DNA from: an uncultured Woeseia sp.
GTDB taxonomy: Bacteria > Pseudomonadota > Gammaproteobacteria > Steroidobacterales > Woeseiaceae
Assembly: GCA_913031125.1 (NCBI GenBank)
Contig: CAJWFK010000005.1
Coordinates: 15,671 to 79,670 of the forward strand
Direction of reading: 5' to 3'
Length of the DNA: 64,000 nt
Each line of letters opens with the position of its first letter. Within the stretch, counting starts at the first letter, position 1. The position numbers and the translations under genes were made by a program. The notes beneath the pieces are model-generated. The model searched no databases. It was not told the origin of the DNA and saw only the letters and a program-made list of their open reading frames with translations. Shown piece after piece: positions 1 through 9,363 of the stretch.

Positions 1-17
1 TCATTTTTTTCACACTA

Positions 18-1322
18 TCAAAGACCGCACAGAACTTCGTCAAAACCCTGTATAAAAAATTCAGCATTTTCCTTACTGAAAACCATCGGCGGTCGCAATT
101 TCAAAATATTATTAGTTTTTCCAATACTACCTGCCAATATCCCATGTTTCCTAAGTCCCTCAACCACATCCGCTGTAATCTCAGTAGCTGGTGTACGAGC
201 AGCGCGATCAGCTACAAGTTCCACCGCTTTAAACAAGCCTTCGCCACGAACATCACCGATAACTTCATGTTTTTCACTAAGCATTTCTAATTTTTGATTT
301 AGATATAGACCAACTTCAAGCGCGTTTTCCTGGAGTTTTTCATTTTCTATGACATCTAGCACAGCGAGTCCTGCTGCACAGGATACCGGGTTGCCGCCAA
401 AGGTATTGAAATAGCTTGTATGTGCAGCAAACTCATCAACTAACTCTCGACGGGTGACCGTGGCCGCAAGCGGATGACCATTACCCATTGGTTTACCCAT
501 AGTCACTATATCGGGTACAAAATCATCTATTTGATACCCCCAGAAATTGCGTCCGGTGCGCCCAAAGCCGGGCTGAACTTCATCGGCTACAAATAGAGCA
601 CCCGCCTCACGCACCACTTCAGCAATTTTTGCTAAGTAACCCAGTGGGGTGGCCACCACACCACCACTCGAAATTATAGTATCGATAATAAAAGCAGCCG
701 GTTTAATCCCACGATGCTTTAAAAGTGAGAGTGCATCATAAATACACTCTGCGTAGCGACTTCCGCCATCTTTACCCTGAAACTCACCTGCATAAACATC
801 CGGCGTTGGCACTGTCACTACATATTCCGGAACCTCATCGCTAGGGATGTCCTCAGTAGAAATTTCATAGATTGCTTTGGTATTTCCATGGTAAGCAAAA
901 TCAGTGACGATAATACCCGTACCACCTGTGCAGGTTCTGGCGATTCTTAGCGCCAGTTCATTAGCTTCGCTCCCCGTGCAACTAAACATTGCAGTGTCCA
1001 GTTCATCAGGAAACTTTGCCGTAAGCCGCTCAGCGTAATCGAGCACATTAGCGTGCAGGTAGCGAGTGTGCGTGTTAAGTGATTTAACCTGGTCGGTAAT
1101 TGCTGAAACGACATGCGGGTGGCAGTGCCCAACATGGGGAACATTGTTGTACATATCGAGATATCTATCCCCGGCTTGGTCATACAACCAAACGCCTTCA
1201 CCCCGGACAATATGGACTGGTTCCCGATAAAAGAGGCGATAAGCCGGGCCGAGCAACCTTCGACGACGATCAAGCATGTGTTTGCTGTTTTTATCCATCA
1301 CAATACTTTGATTTAGGATCAA
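18..1322 (-). CDS. Class-III (omega-type) PLP aminotransferase, AGXT2-like
   Basis: 434-aa ORF with class-III hallmarks: GHCHP, TGSEANE, DEVQPGFGRTG, TMGKPMGNGHP (Schiff-base Lys context). The ORF-track start is TTG at 1322; the in-frame ATG at 1298 (MDKNSKH...) is an alternative. Confidence 0.85.
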   Translation of the reverse strand: MILNQSIVMDKNSKHMLDRRRRLLGPAYRLFYREPVHIVRGEGVWLYDQAGDRYLDMYNNVPHVGHCHPHVVSAITDQVKSLNTHTRYLHANVLDYAERLTAKFPDELDTAMFSCTGSEANELALRIARTCTGGTGIIVTDFAYHGNTKAIYEISTEDIPSDEVPEYVVTVPTPDVYAGEFQGKDGGSRYAECIYDALSLLKHRGIKPAAFIIDTIISSGGVVATPLGYLAKIAEVVREAGALFVADEVQPGFGRTGRNFWGYQIDDFVPDIVTMGKPMGNGHPLAATVTRRELVDEFAAHTSYFNTFGGNPVSCAAGLAVLDVIENEKLQENALEVGLYLNQKLEMLSEKHEVIGDVRGEGLFKAVELVADRAARTPATEITADVVEGLRKHGILAGSIGKTNNILKLRPPMVFSKENAEFFIQGFDEVLCGL

Positions 1323-1376
1323 ATTTTCTCTTAGTCGTCAAACATTTATTCTAAATCGGACACTGCTAACCTCATA

Positions 1377-2108
1377 TCAGTCAGGATTGGAAATACGTCC
1401 GGCAACGATTCCTGCTACCAACAAGAAAAGACCCATAAAAAATAGATATTCAGGGAAGCTACGTGTGACACCACAATAGTAGCTGGCTAAAACATTTATA
1501 GCTTGGAAACCGTTTATAAATTTGTTTTCCCTGATCTTTGCCTTGGGAAAGCGAATACTCGAAATCAAGCCTAGCCCTAATGCAAACATGACGGCGGGCA
1601 AATAAGCATATAACTGCATGGATTCAGCTATGTCTGGGTAACGAATCAGAAGAATGCATCCAGTGGCTATGAGGCCCCCACCAGCACCGGTTATCGGAAG
1701 GCCGCTGAACCAACCTGCTGGTGGGTCGTCAGTATGCAGGTTAAACCGCGCCAGACGCATTGCGCCACAGAGAACGAACACGCCTACTGAGGCAAGCAAA
1801 AACCAAAATGCCGGCGTAAATAATTCTATGCTTCCTAACTCCAGGCTAACCTGCATAACAATTATTCCAGGGGCCACCCCAAAAGCCACCAAATCGGCCA
1901 TTGAATCAAATTCCGCACCAAAATCCGAAGTAGCGTTTAGTAAACGAGCCGCAACACCATCCATAACATCCAACAAGCCACACCAAACGATCATCCAACA
2001 AGCGAGTTCAAGATTGCCTAGTTGTCCAGTGACAATGGCACTGGTCCCTAACAACAAGCTTAATGCTGTGAAGCTATTTGGAATTGTGTATCGGAGCTTT
2101 TTCCCCAC
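1377..2108 (-). CDS. pssA: CDP-alcohol phosphatidyltransferase, probably type-II phosphatidylserine synthase
   Basis: 243 aa and multi-TM. The family motif D-G-x2-A-R-x8-G-x3-D-x3-D is present as DGVAARLLNATSDFGAEFDSMAD. GTG start. Confidence 0.75.
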   Translation of the reverse strand: MGKKLRYTIPNSFTALSLLLGTSAIVTGQLGNLELACWMIVWCGLLDVMDGVAARLLNATSDFGAEFDSMADLVAFGVAPGIIVMQVSLELGSIELFTPAFWFLLASVGVFVLCGAMRLARFNLHTDDPPAGWFSGLPITGAGGGLIATGCILLIRYPDIAESMQLYAYLPAVMFALGLGLISSIRFPKAKIRENKFINGFQAINVLASYYCGVTRSFPEYLFFMGLFLLVAGIVAGRISNPD

Positions 2109-2226
2109 CCTAACACCTGCCTGTTCTTGTTATTGGTTTCACGTGGCATTCTGCATACGCAGTAATTTTACCGCCAGTTCCTGTAATTGGAAATATAAGA
2201 AAGATACACGCGGCAACGATTTTCTA

Positions 2227-3579
2227 CTATTGTACCGGCTTCGTCCGGCGAATTAGAAGCGCGCCCGCCACAGCCCAAACTAAAACAATCAACCATTCCT
2301 CTGGCCAGACTAGGGCCGCAGGACTAAAAGGAAGATACAAGAGTGCAACACCAATCGATAGTATTAGTGCAATCCAACCAATAACAATTCCGTTCGGCAC
2401 CACGTAAGGTCGGTGCATATCCGGATCCCGCTTCCTGAGAACGAGGAATGACCACGCAACAAAAGCATATGCAACAACGATCCCAAGTCCTCCAGCGTCA
2501 ACAAGCCACACCAGAGCTGGTCTACCAAAAAAAGGTGCAATCATGGATAAAAGGCCTATCAATAATAAAGCCCGGTGAGGTGTATTGTAACGTGGATGCA
2601 ACTTCCCAAGATAAGCGGGCAGCTGCCGTGCACGTGCCAAAGCGTAGATTGCGCGACTGCCACCAATCAGGAAAGCATTCCAACTGGTAAGAATACCGCC
2701 AATACCCGCAACCACTAGTAATTTTCCTGCCCATGCTCCACTAAAGAGATTCGCCATTGCATCAGCCGTTGGAAGCTCGGAGGCGCGTCGATCACTTTCC
2801 GGTAGACCCATTGATACTGACCAAATCATAGCGATGTACCAAAAAACCGCGATAACGATCGATAACATCAAAAGTCGACCGATCTCCGAAAAAGGCACAT
2901 CAATTTCTTCCGCTGACTGTGGAATCACATCGAAGCCGACAAACATAAACGGCACCATGATCACAACTCCCAGCAAACCTTTTGCTCCAGTATCAAATAG
3001 TGGCTCCATATTGGTCGGTTCACCATTGACTAATCCACCACTGACCAGTATCAGTCCAACGAGCAGAATCATGGTTGTCGCTAGCATCTGCAAACGCGCG
3101 GCTGTACGAATGCCAAGTATGTTAATGGTCGTGATAATAACCGCACCGCCAACCCCGACCGCAACCCAAGTCAGGTTGACTTCCCAATTGGCCACCGTCC
3201 ACAAATACCCTTTGCTAAAACCAGGAATCAAGTAATCGACAACAGTAGGCAAAGCGACTGCCTCAAATGCAACCACAGATACATAGCCAAGCAATATAGC
3301 CCAAGTGCAGACGAATGATAGTGTAGGCCCCAAAGCGCGATATGAGTAGACATGCTCACCGCCAGCCTGCGGCATTGCCGATGCGAGCTCTGCGTATGTC
3401 AGTCCCACAAAAATCACCACGGTGCCGCCAAAAAGGAAGGCAACAATGGCGCCGATAGTGCCGGCTTCTTCGATCCAATTACCAGTTAACGCAACCCAAC
3501 TCCAACCAATCATTGCACCGCAAGAGAGCGCGAGGACCTCCTTGCGCTGAATGACTCGATTAAATTTTCCGCCGGCCAT
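2227..3579 (-). CDS. APC-superfamily amino-acid/polyamine permease
   Basis: 450 aa, about 12 hydrophobic segments, APC-like N-terminus (LSCGAMIGWSW). Its ATG overlaps the TGA of the upstream agmatinase gene (ATGA, 3577-3581). Confidence 0.75.
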   Translation of the reverse strand: MAGGKFNRVIQRKEVLALSCGAMIGWSWVALTGNWIEEAGTIGAIVAFLFGGTVVIFVGLTYAELASAMPQAGGEHVYSYRALGPTLSFVCTWAILLGYVSVVAFEAVALPTVVDYLIPGFSKGYLWTVANWEVNLTWVAVGVGGAVIITTINILGIRTAARLQMLATTMILLVGLILVSGGLVNGEPTNMEPLFDTGAKGLLGVVIMVPFMFVGFDVIPQSAEEIDVPFSEIGRLLMLSIVIAVFWYIAMIWSVSMGLPESDRRASELPTADAMANLFSGAWAGKLLVVAGIGGILTSWNAFLIGGSRAIYALARARQLPAYLGKLHPRYNTPHRALLLIGLLSMIAPFFGRPALVWLVDAGGLGIVVAYAFVAWSFLVLRKRDPDMHRPYVVPNGIVIGWIALILSIGVALLYLPFSPAALVWPEEWLIVLVWAVAGALLIRRTKPVQ

Positions 3580-4787
3580 CAGGGGTCTGGCTGAGCATCC
3601 CGAACCGTTAACGGGTTGTAATAACCGCGTTCCTTAATGCCCTTCTTACGCATAGCCATACCTGTGAGACATTCCTGGAGCAAGGCACCCGAATTCATCA
3701 CCGTGGTATACCCTGGATCAAGCAAAGGGTTTAGCTCAACCAGATCAAAGCCGACCATCTGATTCTCCGAACAAAGCGTTCTTATGAGTGGAAAAATTTC
3801 TCTTGGGGTTAAGCCGTTAGACTCAGGCGTCCCGGTGCCCGGCGTATACGCCGGATCCAGAACATCAATATCGAATGATATATAGAGATATTCGGGCCCG
3901 TCTAATGCTTCATTCATAATCCTGTCCATCACAACATCCCACCCATCCTGCTCAATCTCGGCCATGGTGTGATAACGCATATCGTTTTCACGCATCCAGT
4001 TAAATCCTTTTTCTCCCGGCCAGTAACCCCGCAAACCCACCTGGATATAGTTTTTTCCATTGACATGACCATCGTCGACCAACCGACGAACTGGTTGCGC
4101 ATGAGATATGAGGTGGCCATTAATTGGGTCACCGGCATCAAAATGAGCATCAAAATGAATAACACCAACATTTTCCTTGCCATACACATCAGCCACACCA
4201 GCAACGTTAGGGTATGAGAGAGAATGATCCCCGCCGACAATAATTGGAATGGCGCCCGTCTCTGCAATTTCCCGAACCATCTTTCGCACAGGTGGCATAC
4301 TCCGTTCCACACTCAGGATATCGATTGGAGAATTCCCATAATCAACGGCGATTAGCTCTTTTTTCCAGGCAACGCCAACATGCATGTGTGCGTTACTTCC
4401 TCCTGTCCCTCTCATAGCAGCTCGAAGCGCACGTGGTCCTTCGCCAGCTCCCCGTAAGCCAACACCCATATCAACCGGCGCACCCATCAATGCGACATCA
4501 ACATTGGCAGCACGAAGATCCTCCTGCGTCAAGGCCACTGGTAGGCCAAAAAAACTTAGAACACCCCGCCTCCAGTTTTCCCTAGACAGTGAAATTAATC
4601 CCGGCTCCCTATCCGCCTCGTTAAATTCGCCATCGCCATCACCATCGCGCAAAGCATCAGGTCCATCCGGAGGGGCCAAATAGATCACTTTGTCTTCTGG
4701 GTCAACACCAGCGAGTTCGTCCTGTGCTAATACAAACGAAATAAATAGAAAGAAAGTAACCAGTACAGAGAAAAAACGCATATTCAT
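3579..4787 (-). CDS. Exported agmatinase/ureohydrolase-family enzyme (guanidino-compound hydrolase), copy 1
   Basis: 402 aa. N-terminal signal peptide (MNMRFFSVLVTFFLFISFVLA/QDE). Arginase-fold Mn motifs GGDHS, HFDAHFD, SFDIDVLDP. Confidence 0.85.
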   Translation of the reverse strand: MNMRFFSVLVTFFLFISFVLAQDELAGVDPEDKVIYLAPPDGPDALRDGDGDGEFNEADREPGLISLSRENWRRGVLSFFGLPVALTQEDLRAANVDVALMGAPVDMGVGLRGAGEGPRALRAAMRGTGGSNAHMHVGVAWKKELIAVDYGNSPIDILSVERSMPPVRKMVREIAETGAIPIIVGGDHSLSYPNVAGVADVYGKENVGVIHFDAHFDAGDPINGHLISHAQPVRRLVDDGHVNGKNYIQVGLRGYWPGEKGFNWMRENDMRYHTMAEIEQDGWDVVMDRIMNEALDGPEYLYISFDIDVLDPAYTPGTGTPESNGLTPREIFPLIRTLCSENQMVGFDLVELNPLLDPGYTTVMNSGALLQECLTGMAMRKKGIKERGYYNPLTVRDAQPDP

Positions 4788-4833
4788 TTTGGGGCCTTGT
4801 CGATCAAATATCAGCTAACAGTATCAATTCCGT

Positions 4834-4900
4834 TGCTGCAAATACTAATTTTTTATATGAACCACTCGGGTACTGCTAAAGGTTTTCTAATTGCAGCAAT
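4834..4900 (-). repeat. Inverted repeat TTGCTGCAA / TTGCAGCAA (9 bp arms, 49-nt loop) in the spacer between the agmatinase paralogues
   Basis: Arms at 4834-4842 and 4892-4900 are exact reverse complements. They are nested inside a second pair, GGGCCTT (4793-4799) / AAGGCCC (4919-4925), whose start-proximal arm covers the AAGG Shine-Dalgarno of the 4787 start. Confidence 0.4.
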
Positions 4901-4946
4901 CATCTAAAACGAGCAATAAGGCCCTTTTTAACCAAATCTAATATTA

Positions 4947-6152
4947 TTAAGGGTCCGGTTCATTATCCTCAACCGTCAGCGGACTGTAGTAACCACGATC
5001 AGTTATACCCTTCTTACGCATCGCAATCCCAGTCAGGCATTCGGCCAAGAGGTACCCTGAATTCATGACGGTGGTATAACCAGGATCCACCAAGGGATTT
5101 AATTCGACCAGATCGAATCCTACCAGGTTGTTCTCCGAGCATAAGGTACGTATCAATGGAAATACTTCTCTCGGTTCCAGACCTGCAGGCACAGGCGTAC
5201 CAGTTCCCGGCGTATATGATGGGTCGATGACATCTATATCGAAGGAAATATAGAGATACTCGGGCCCATCCAATGCCTCGTTAAGAATACGATCCATTAC
5301 GATATCCCAGCCATCACGTTCAATCTCAGCCATAGTGTGATAACGCATATCGTTTTCACGCATCCATTTAAATCCCTCTTCGCCTGGCCAATAGCCGCGC
5401 AAGCCAACCTGAATAAAATTTTTACCTTCAACATGGCCCTCATCAATCAATTTCCGCACCGGCTGGGCATGAGAGATTAAATGTCCGCCCCTTGGATCAC
5501 CCGCATCGAAGTGCGCATCAAAATGAATCACTCCCACATTACCTGCACCATAAACATCAGCCACGCCAGCAACATTGGGGTACTCCAACGAGTGATCACC
5601 ACCGATGATGACAGGAATGGCACCAGTTTCTGCGATTTCTCGAACCATACGTCGGACCGGCGGCATACTGCGCTCCACACTCAAGACATCGATAGGGGAA
5701 TTCCCGTAATCAACTGCTATTAACTCTTCCTTCCAGGCAACACCAACATGCATGTGTGGCAGGTTACTTAGTCCTCCCAGACGCAGGGTTCCGCGAAGTG
5801 CTGAAGGACCCTCCCCAGTGCCGCGATAACCAAAACCCATGTCTATCGGGGCCCCAAAAATCGCCACATCGACATTCGCTGCTCGCAAATCTTCTTGTGT
5901 TAATGCGACTGGAAGACCAAAAAAGCTGCGCACTCCGGGTCGTCCCAAACGTCCTATTTGGATTAACCCGGCATCACGTTTAGCATCCTTATCCGTATCG
6001 CGCAGCGAACTCCATGGGTCCCGACGCTCATCGGACGTATCAAGATAAATAACCTCATCATCAGGATCTACGCCGGCTAATTCATCCTGCGCCGCGGTAA
6101 CCGTCAGCAACCAAAAGGAGCCTAGTAGCGTCCAATAGATATGTTTGTTCAT
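4947..6152 (-). CDS. Exported agmatinase/ureohydrolase-family enzyme, copy 2 (tandem paralogue)
   Basis: 401 aa. Signal peptide (…LLTVTAA/QDE). Same Mn motifs (GGDHS, HFDAHFD, SFDIDVIDP). Highly similar to copy 1 from about residue 75 to the shared C-terminal PDP. Confidence 0.85.
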   Translation of the reverse strand: MNKHIYWTLLGSFWLLTVTAAQDELAGVDPDDEVIYLDTSDERRDPWSSLRDTDKDAKRDAGLIQIGRLGRPGVRSFFGLPVALTQEDLRAANVDVAIFGAPIDMGFGYRGTGEGPSALRGTLRLGGLSNLPHMHVGVAWKEELIAVDYGNSPIDVLSVERSMPPVRRMVREIAETGAIPVIIGGDHSLEYPNVAGVADVYGAGNVGVIHFDAHFDAGDPRGGHLISHAQPVRKLIDEGHVEGKNFIQVGLRGYWPGEEGFKWMRENDMRYHTMAEIERDGWDIVMDRILNEALDGPEYLYISFDIDVIDPSYTPGTGTPVPAGLEPREVFPLIRTLCSENNLVGFDLVELNPLVDPGYTTVMNSGYLLAECLTGIAMRKKGITDRGYYSPLTVEDNEPDP

Positions 6153-6192
6153 AAATTTTCCTTAACCAGCCACAAGGCAAATGAGTATTCGA

Positions 6193-7470
6193 TTAGAAAT
6201 ACCATGCTAACTGCAGGAACACGGAAAAGTCACTCGAAAAGTAAACTCCCGAATCACTAGCATCTATTCCACGAAATTCGGATCCCGTAGGTCCAACAGG
6301 TATATTCACCGCACCCACTAACTCCGCATTGTCCGCCAAACTATTCCGTGTCACCCACTGGACCATCGCACTACCATCATCCAAATTCCAAAAGACATTA
6401 GGCATCATTATCCAAAGTGGATTCATTTCGATACTCATGCCGCCAGCCAAGTAGTTACGACCAAGCGTAAACGACTCATTGCGTTCCAAGCGATTCAGTA
6501 ACTCAGTATTTTCATAAAGGCTTAAGTAATCGTAACGTCCGGAAGATTGCCCTAACTCATTAAAATAATATTCAACCGTGCCACTAATATTCCGCCCCCC
6601 CCAAATCCAGGAGTGCGTAACATTCATCACCAGCTGCAGCCGATGCCCCATCATTGTGTCGATCCAAACGGCATCCCCTCGGATAACAGCACCTCCCAAG
6701 CTTTTGCTGGCGCCTAAACCCATCGTCGTTGCCCCATAACTCCGAGCCAGAAGGACATCGTATTCGGCATTGTCAGTCATTCCATGGTATTTCACTGCGG
6801 TGGTTGTCGCGGATGACACCGTGCTATTAATTACCGACTTATCCCGAAACACATGTGCAACCTGAATATCATCTCCACTGGCAAGGAGGTACTGACCATA
6901 AACCATATCGTCACCGGTTTTATACTCAGTATCTACAACCGTGGGAGAGAACGGGTTGACTATATCCATGGGCGAAAAAATGAGACCGTTGCCCCAGGTA
7001 ATGGCCTGCCTCCCAAGAGTAACAACGAGATTTTCTTTTTTATAGGTTAAGGATAATCGGTCTAATCGGTGGAATACTGAAAATTTCCCGTCATTTCTAA
7101 TCTCATCCGTAAGATTCATCAACCGGCGATCATCATTTATCAAATAGTCACTAAAGGAGAAGGCTGAATTTTCCAACTCCCTCGTCAATGCCACTTTATC
7201 TCCGTAGTTAGCAGAAATTTGCCAAGCCGAATCAAATGACCATGGACCATTGTCAACTGAAAAATTAAGACGTAAATCGCTTCCAATACTGCTAGCCGTG
7301 GAATCACCCAATTCGGTAAATATGCTCTCAGTCGGATGACTATCGAAGTGTATGCGGGTCTTTAGGTGCCCATCCCAATCTGCATTCAGCTGTTCCGCGC
7401 CTGCCAAAGGTGGCAGAAGAATTGCTAAAAGCAGAAGCTCAAGTCCCTTTTTGTCTAATATCTTCAACAA
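6193..7470 (-). CDS. Outer-membrane beta-barrel protein of unknown function (DUF1302-like by recollection)
   Basis: 425 aa. Signal peptide (…PPLAGA/EQ). Alternating beta-strand pattern and terminal …LQLAWYF (aromatic C-terminus typical of BAM substrates). LGRQAITWGNGLIFSPMDIVNP resembles the DUF1302 core. TTG start overlaps the ATPase gene by about 30 nt. Confidence 0.55.
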   Translation of the reverse strand: MLKILDKKGLELLLLAILLPPLAGAEQLNADWDGHLKTRIHFDSHPTESIFTELGDSTASSIGSDLRLNFSVDNGPWSFDSAWQISANYGDKVALTRELENSAFSFSDYLINDDRRLMNLTDEIRNDGKFSVFHRLDRLSLTYKKENLVVTLGRQAITWGNGLIFSPMDIVNPFSPTVVDTEYKTGDDMVYGQYLLASGDDIQVAHVFRDKSVINSTVSSATTTAVKYHGMTDNAEYDVLLARSYGATTMGLGASKSLGGAVIRGDAVWIDTMMGHRLQLVMNVTHSWIWGGRNISGTVEYYFNELGQSSGRYDYLSLYENTELLNRLERNESFTLGRNYLAGGMSIEMNPLWIMMPNVFWNLDDGSAMVQWVTRNSLADNAELVGAVNIPVGPTGSEFRGIDASDSGVYFSSDFSVFLQLAWYF

Positions 7471-8131
7471 TACAGCCGTCCAGCATCTTCACCAGACGCC
7501 TTGCGTGAGCCATGACCCGCCTATCATGCGTAGATATCACAAAAGTAGTCCCATGATCTTTATTAAGTTTTGCGAATAAGTCCATCAACCCCTCTGAAGT
7601 TTTCGAATCGAGGTTGGCAGTCGGCTCATCTGCAAGTACAAGTGACGGATCAGTTACGATCGCTCGTGCAACGGCGACCCTTTGCTGCTGCCCACCCGAC
7701 ATTTCAGCCGGACGCCGCCCCTCCAAATCTTCGAGTCCAACTTCCTGGAGAATTTCTCGGGATTTTTTTTGTCGTTCAACACTAGGAACACCGCGCACTT
7801 CCATGACAAATTCGACATTCTCACGAGCCGTTAGTACAGGAATTAAATTATAAGCCTGGAAAACAAACCCTATATGTCTAAGGCGCAATTCGGCAAGTTC
7901 TCCCTTATTCAACTGATCAATGCGTGTGTCCCCAATCCAAACTTCCCCACTATCTGGCATATCAAGTCCACCAATCGCATTTAATAGCGTTGTCTTACCA
8001 CCGCCAGATGGGGCTGAAACACAAACAAACGCACCTTCATCAATTGCCAGGTCAACATGATCCAAAGCCTTAATTTCATCACGCCCTTGATGATAGGTTT
8101 TACAAACATTGATACAACGTATGGCAGTCAT
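7439..8131 (-). CDS. ABC transporter ATP-binding protein, LolD/MacB-type
   Basis: 230 aa. Walker A APSGGGKTT, signature SGGQQQRVAVARA, Walker B LVLADEPT. Confidence 0.9.
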   Translation of the reverse strand: MTAIRCINVCKTYHQGRDEIKALDHVDLAIDEGAFVCVSAPSGGGKTTLLNAIGGLDMPDSGEVWIGDTRIDQLNKGELAELRLRHIGFVFQAYNLIPVLTARENVEFVMEVRGVPSVERQKKSREILQEVGLEDLEGRRPAEMSGGQQQRVAVARAIVTDPSLVLADEPTANLDSKTSEGLMDLFAKLNKDHGTTFVISTHDRRVMAHARRLVKMLDGCIVEDIRQKGT

Positions 8132-8133
8132 TG

Positions 8134-9363
8134 CTACACCTTAGTAATTGCTTCGACAGGTTCGTAACGTGAAGCTTTCCAGGCAGGAGACAAACTAGCT
8201 AAAACCCCAAGGAAGAGCACGAAGGTATTCACTATAATAATGTCTTTGACATTGATTGTCGGGTGTAACACATCCGAGGCACCCATAAGTTCCATTCCAT
8301 CCGCCAAATCTGATATATCAATACCCGCCGGTAACATCAGCATAGTCACATATGCGAGCACGTTTCCAATAGCAAGACCAATCAATAGCAGAAATACGGA
8401 TTCAACAATTATCTGGCTCAGAATACTGGCGGGGCGCATGCCAAGTGCAAGCATCAGACCAATCTCCCGAACACGCTCGAAAATTGCCATAACCAGCGTA
8501 TTAACGAGACCGAACGATAGCGCAAGGAAAATGACAACAATCCACACAAAAACGAAACCATCGATTATGCCCATCATCGCACTGAGATATTCGTCCAATT
8601 CTTGCCAGGACAACACTTCTTCACTTCCATTAAAGATCTGGCGAACTTCTTGAACCAGCGGTTCGACAAGCTTGTAGTCAGGTCCAGAAACCGCTACTTC
8701 GCTCACTGCATCACCAATACCTAACATCTTCTGCACAACTGTTCTACCCGAAAAAACGAACATCTCTTCCTGTGCCGGAAGTTTCGCGGTAAACAACCCA
8801 ATTACGCGATAACCTCTGTCAACGACCTCGTTATTCCGATCCTGACTCATTAAAACAATGCGTTTTCCTACAGAAGTTTCAAGCTTATTAGCTAGCCTGT
8901 GTCCAATTACAACGCCAGAGTCATCGACCGACTCCAGGTTGCGGCCTTCCCCTATATTGCTGCCAACCGCCTGAATTAAGGATTCCTTTGCAGGATCAAC
9001 CCCAACCAAAGTCACCCCTCGTGAGGCACGCTCACTGGTAACTATTGCAGGGACTCTGACACGAGGTGAGAAATACTGAATTTGTGCTTCCTTGAAAACG
9101 GATTCTATTTCCCCGCTAGGCATTGTGATCAGGTTCTCTACGCTTGGATCATCCCGGTAGTCCGGGTGGTGCACTTGCACAACCCCTGGAAGGGCATTAA
9201 TACCATCACGGATCATATCGCCGACCATGCCACGTAACATTGCGATCATGAAAATCATTGCCCATGCCCCAATGCTAATTGCCATAAGCATGATGATAGT
9301 GCGGCGGTAGTTACGCCAAAGATTGCGCCAGGCTAGTCTCATTACAATGCCCGCTGTGTTCAT
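8134..9363 (-). CDS. FtsX/MacB-type ABC permease (LolC/E-like), second copy
   Basis: Start re-set to MNTAGIVMRLAWRNLWRNYRR, the conserved family N-terminus. Its ATG overlaps the upstream stop by 1 nt (TGATG at 9361-9365). Large periplasmic domain followed by the C-terminal FtsX 3-TM bundle. Confidence 0.8.
   Translation of the reverse strand: MNTAGIVMRLAWRNLWRNYRRTIIMLMAISIGAWAMIFMIAMLRGMVGDMIRDGINALPGVVQVHHPDYRDDPSVENLITMPSGEIESVFKEAQIQYFSPRVRVPAIVTSERASRGVTLVGVDPAKESLIQAVGSNIGEGRNLESVDDSGVVIGHRLANKLETSVGKRIVLMSQDRNNEVVDRGYRVIGLFTAKLPAQEEMFVFSGRTVVQKMLGIGDAVSEVAVSGPDYKLVEPLVQEVRQIFNGSEEVLSWQELDEYLSAMMGIIDGFVFVWIVVIFLALSFGLVNTLVMAIFERVREIGLMLALGMRPASILSQIIVESVFLLLIGLAIGNVLAYVTMLMLPAGIDISDLADGMELMGASDVLHPTINVKDIIIVNTFVLFLGVLASLSPAWKASRYEPVEAITKV

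Noticed and set aside
1654-2256. 200-aa plus-strand ORF antisense to pssA
   Set aside because: It lies entirely inside or opposite a well-supported membrane-protein gene. It has a low-complexity, Pro/Ser/Ala/Asn-rich composition and no motif, so it is a typical shadow ORF.
4788-4946. Known guanidine riboswitch (ykkC, mini-ykkC, ykkC-III) ahead of the agmatinase-permease genes
   Set aside because: There are no paired hairpins with ACGR loops and no recognisable ykkC core. The inverted repeats are kept only as an unclassified candidate (see findings).
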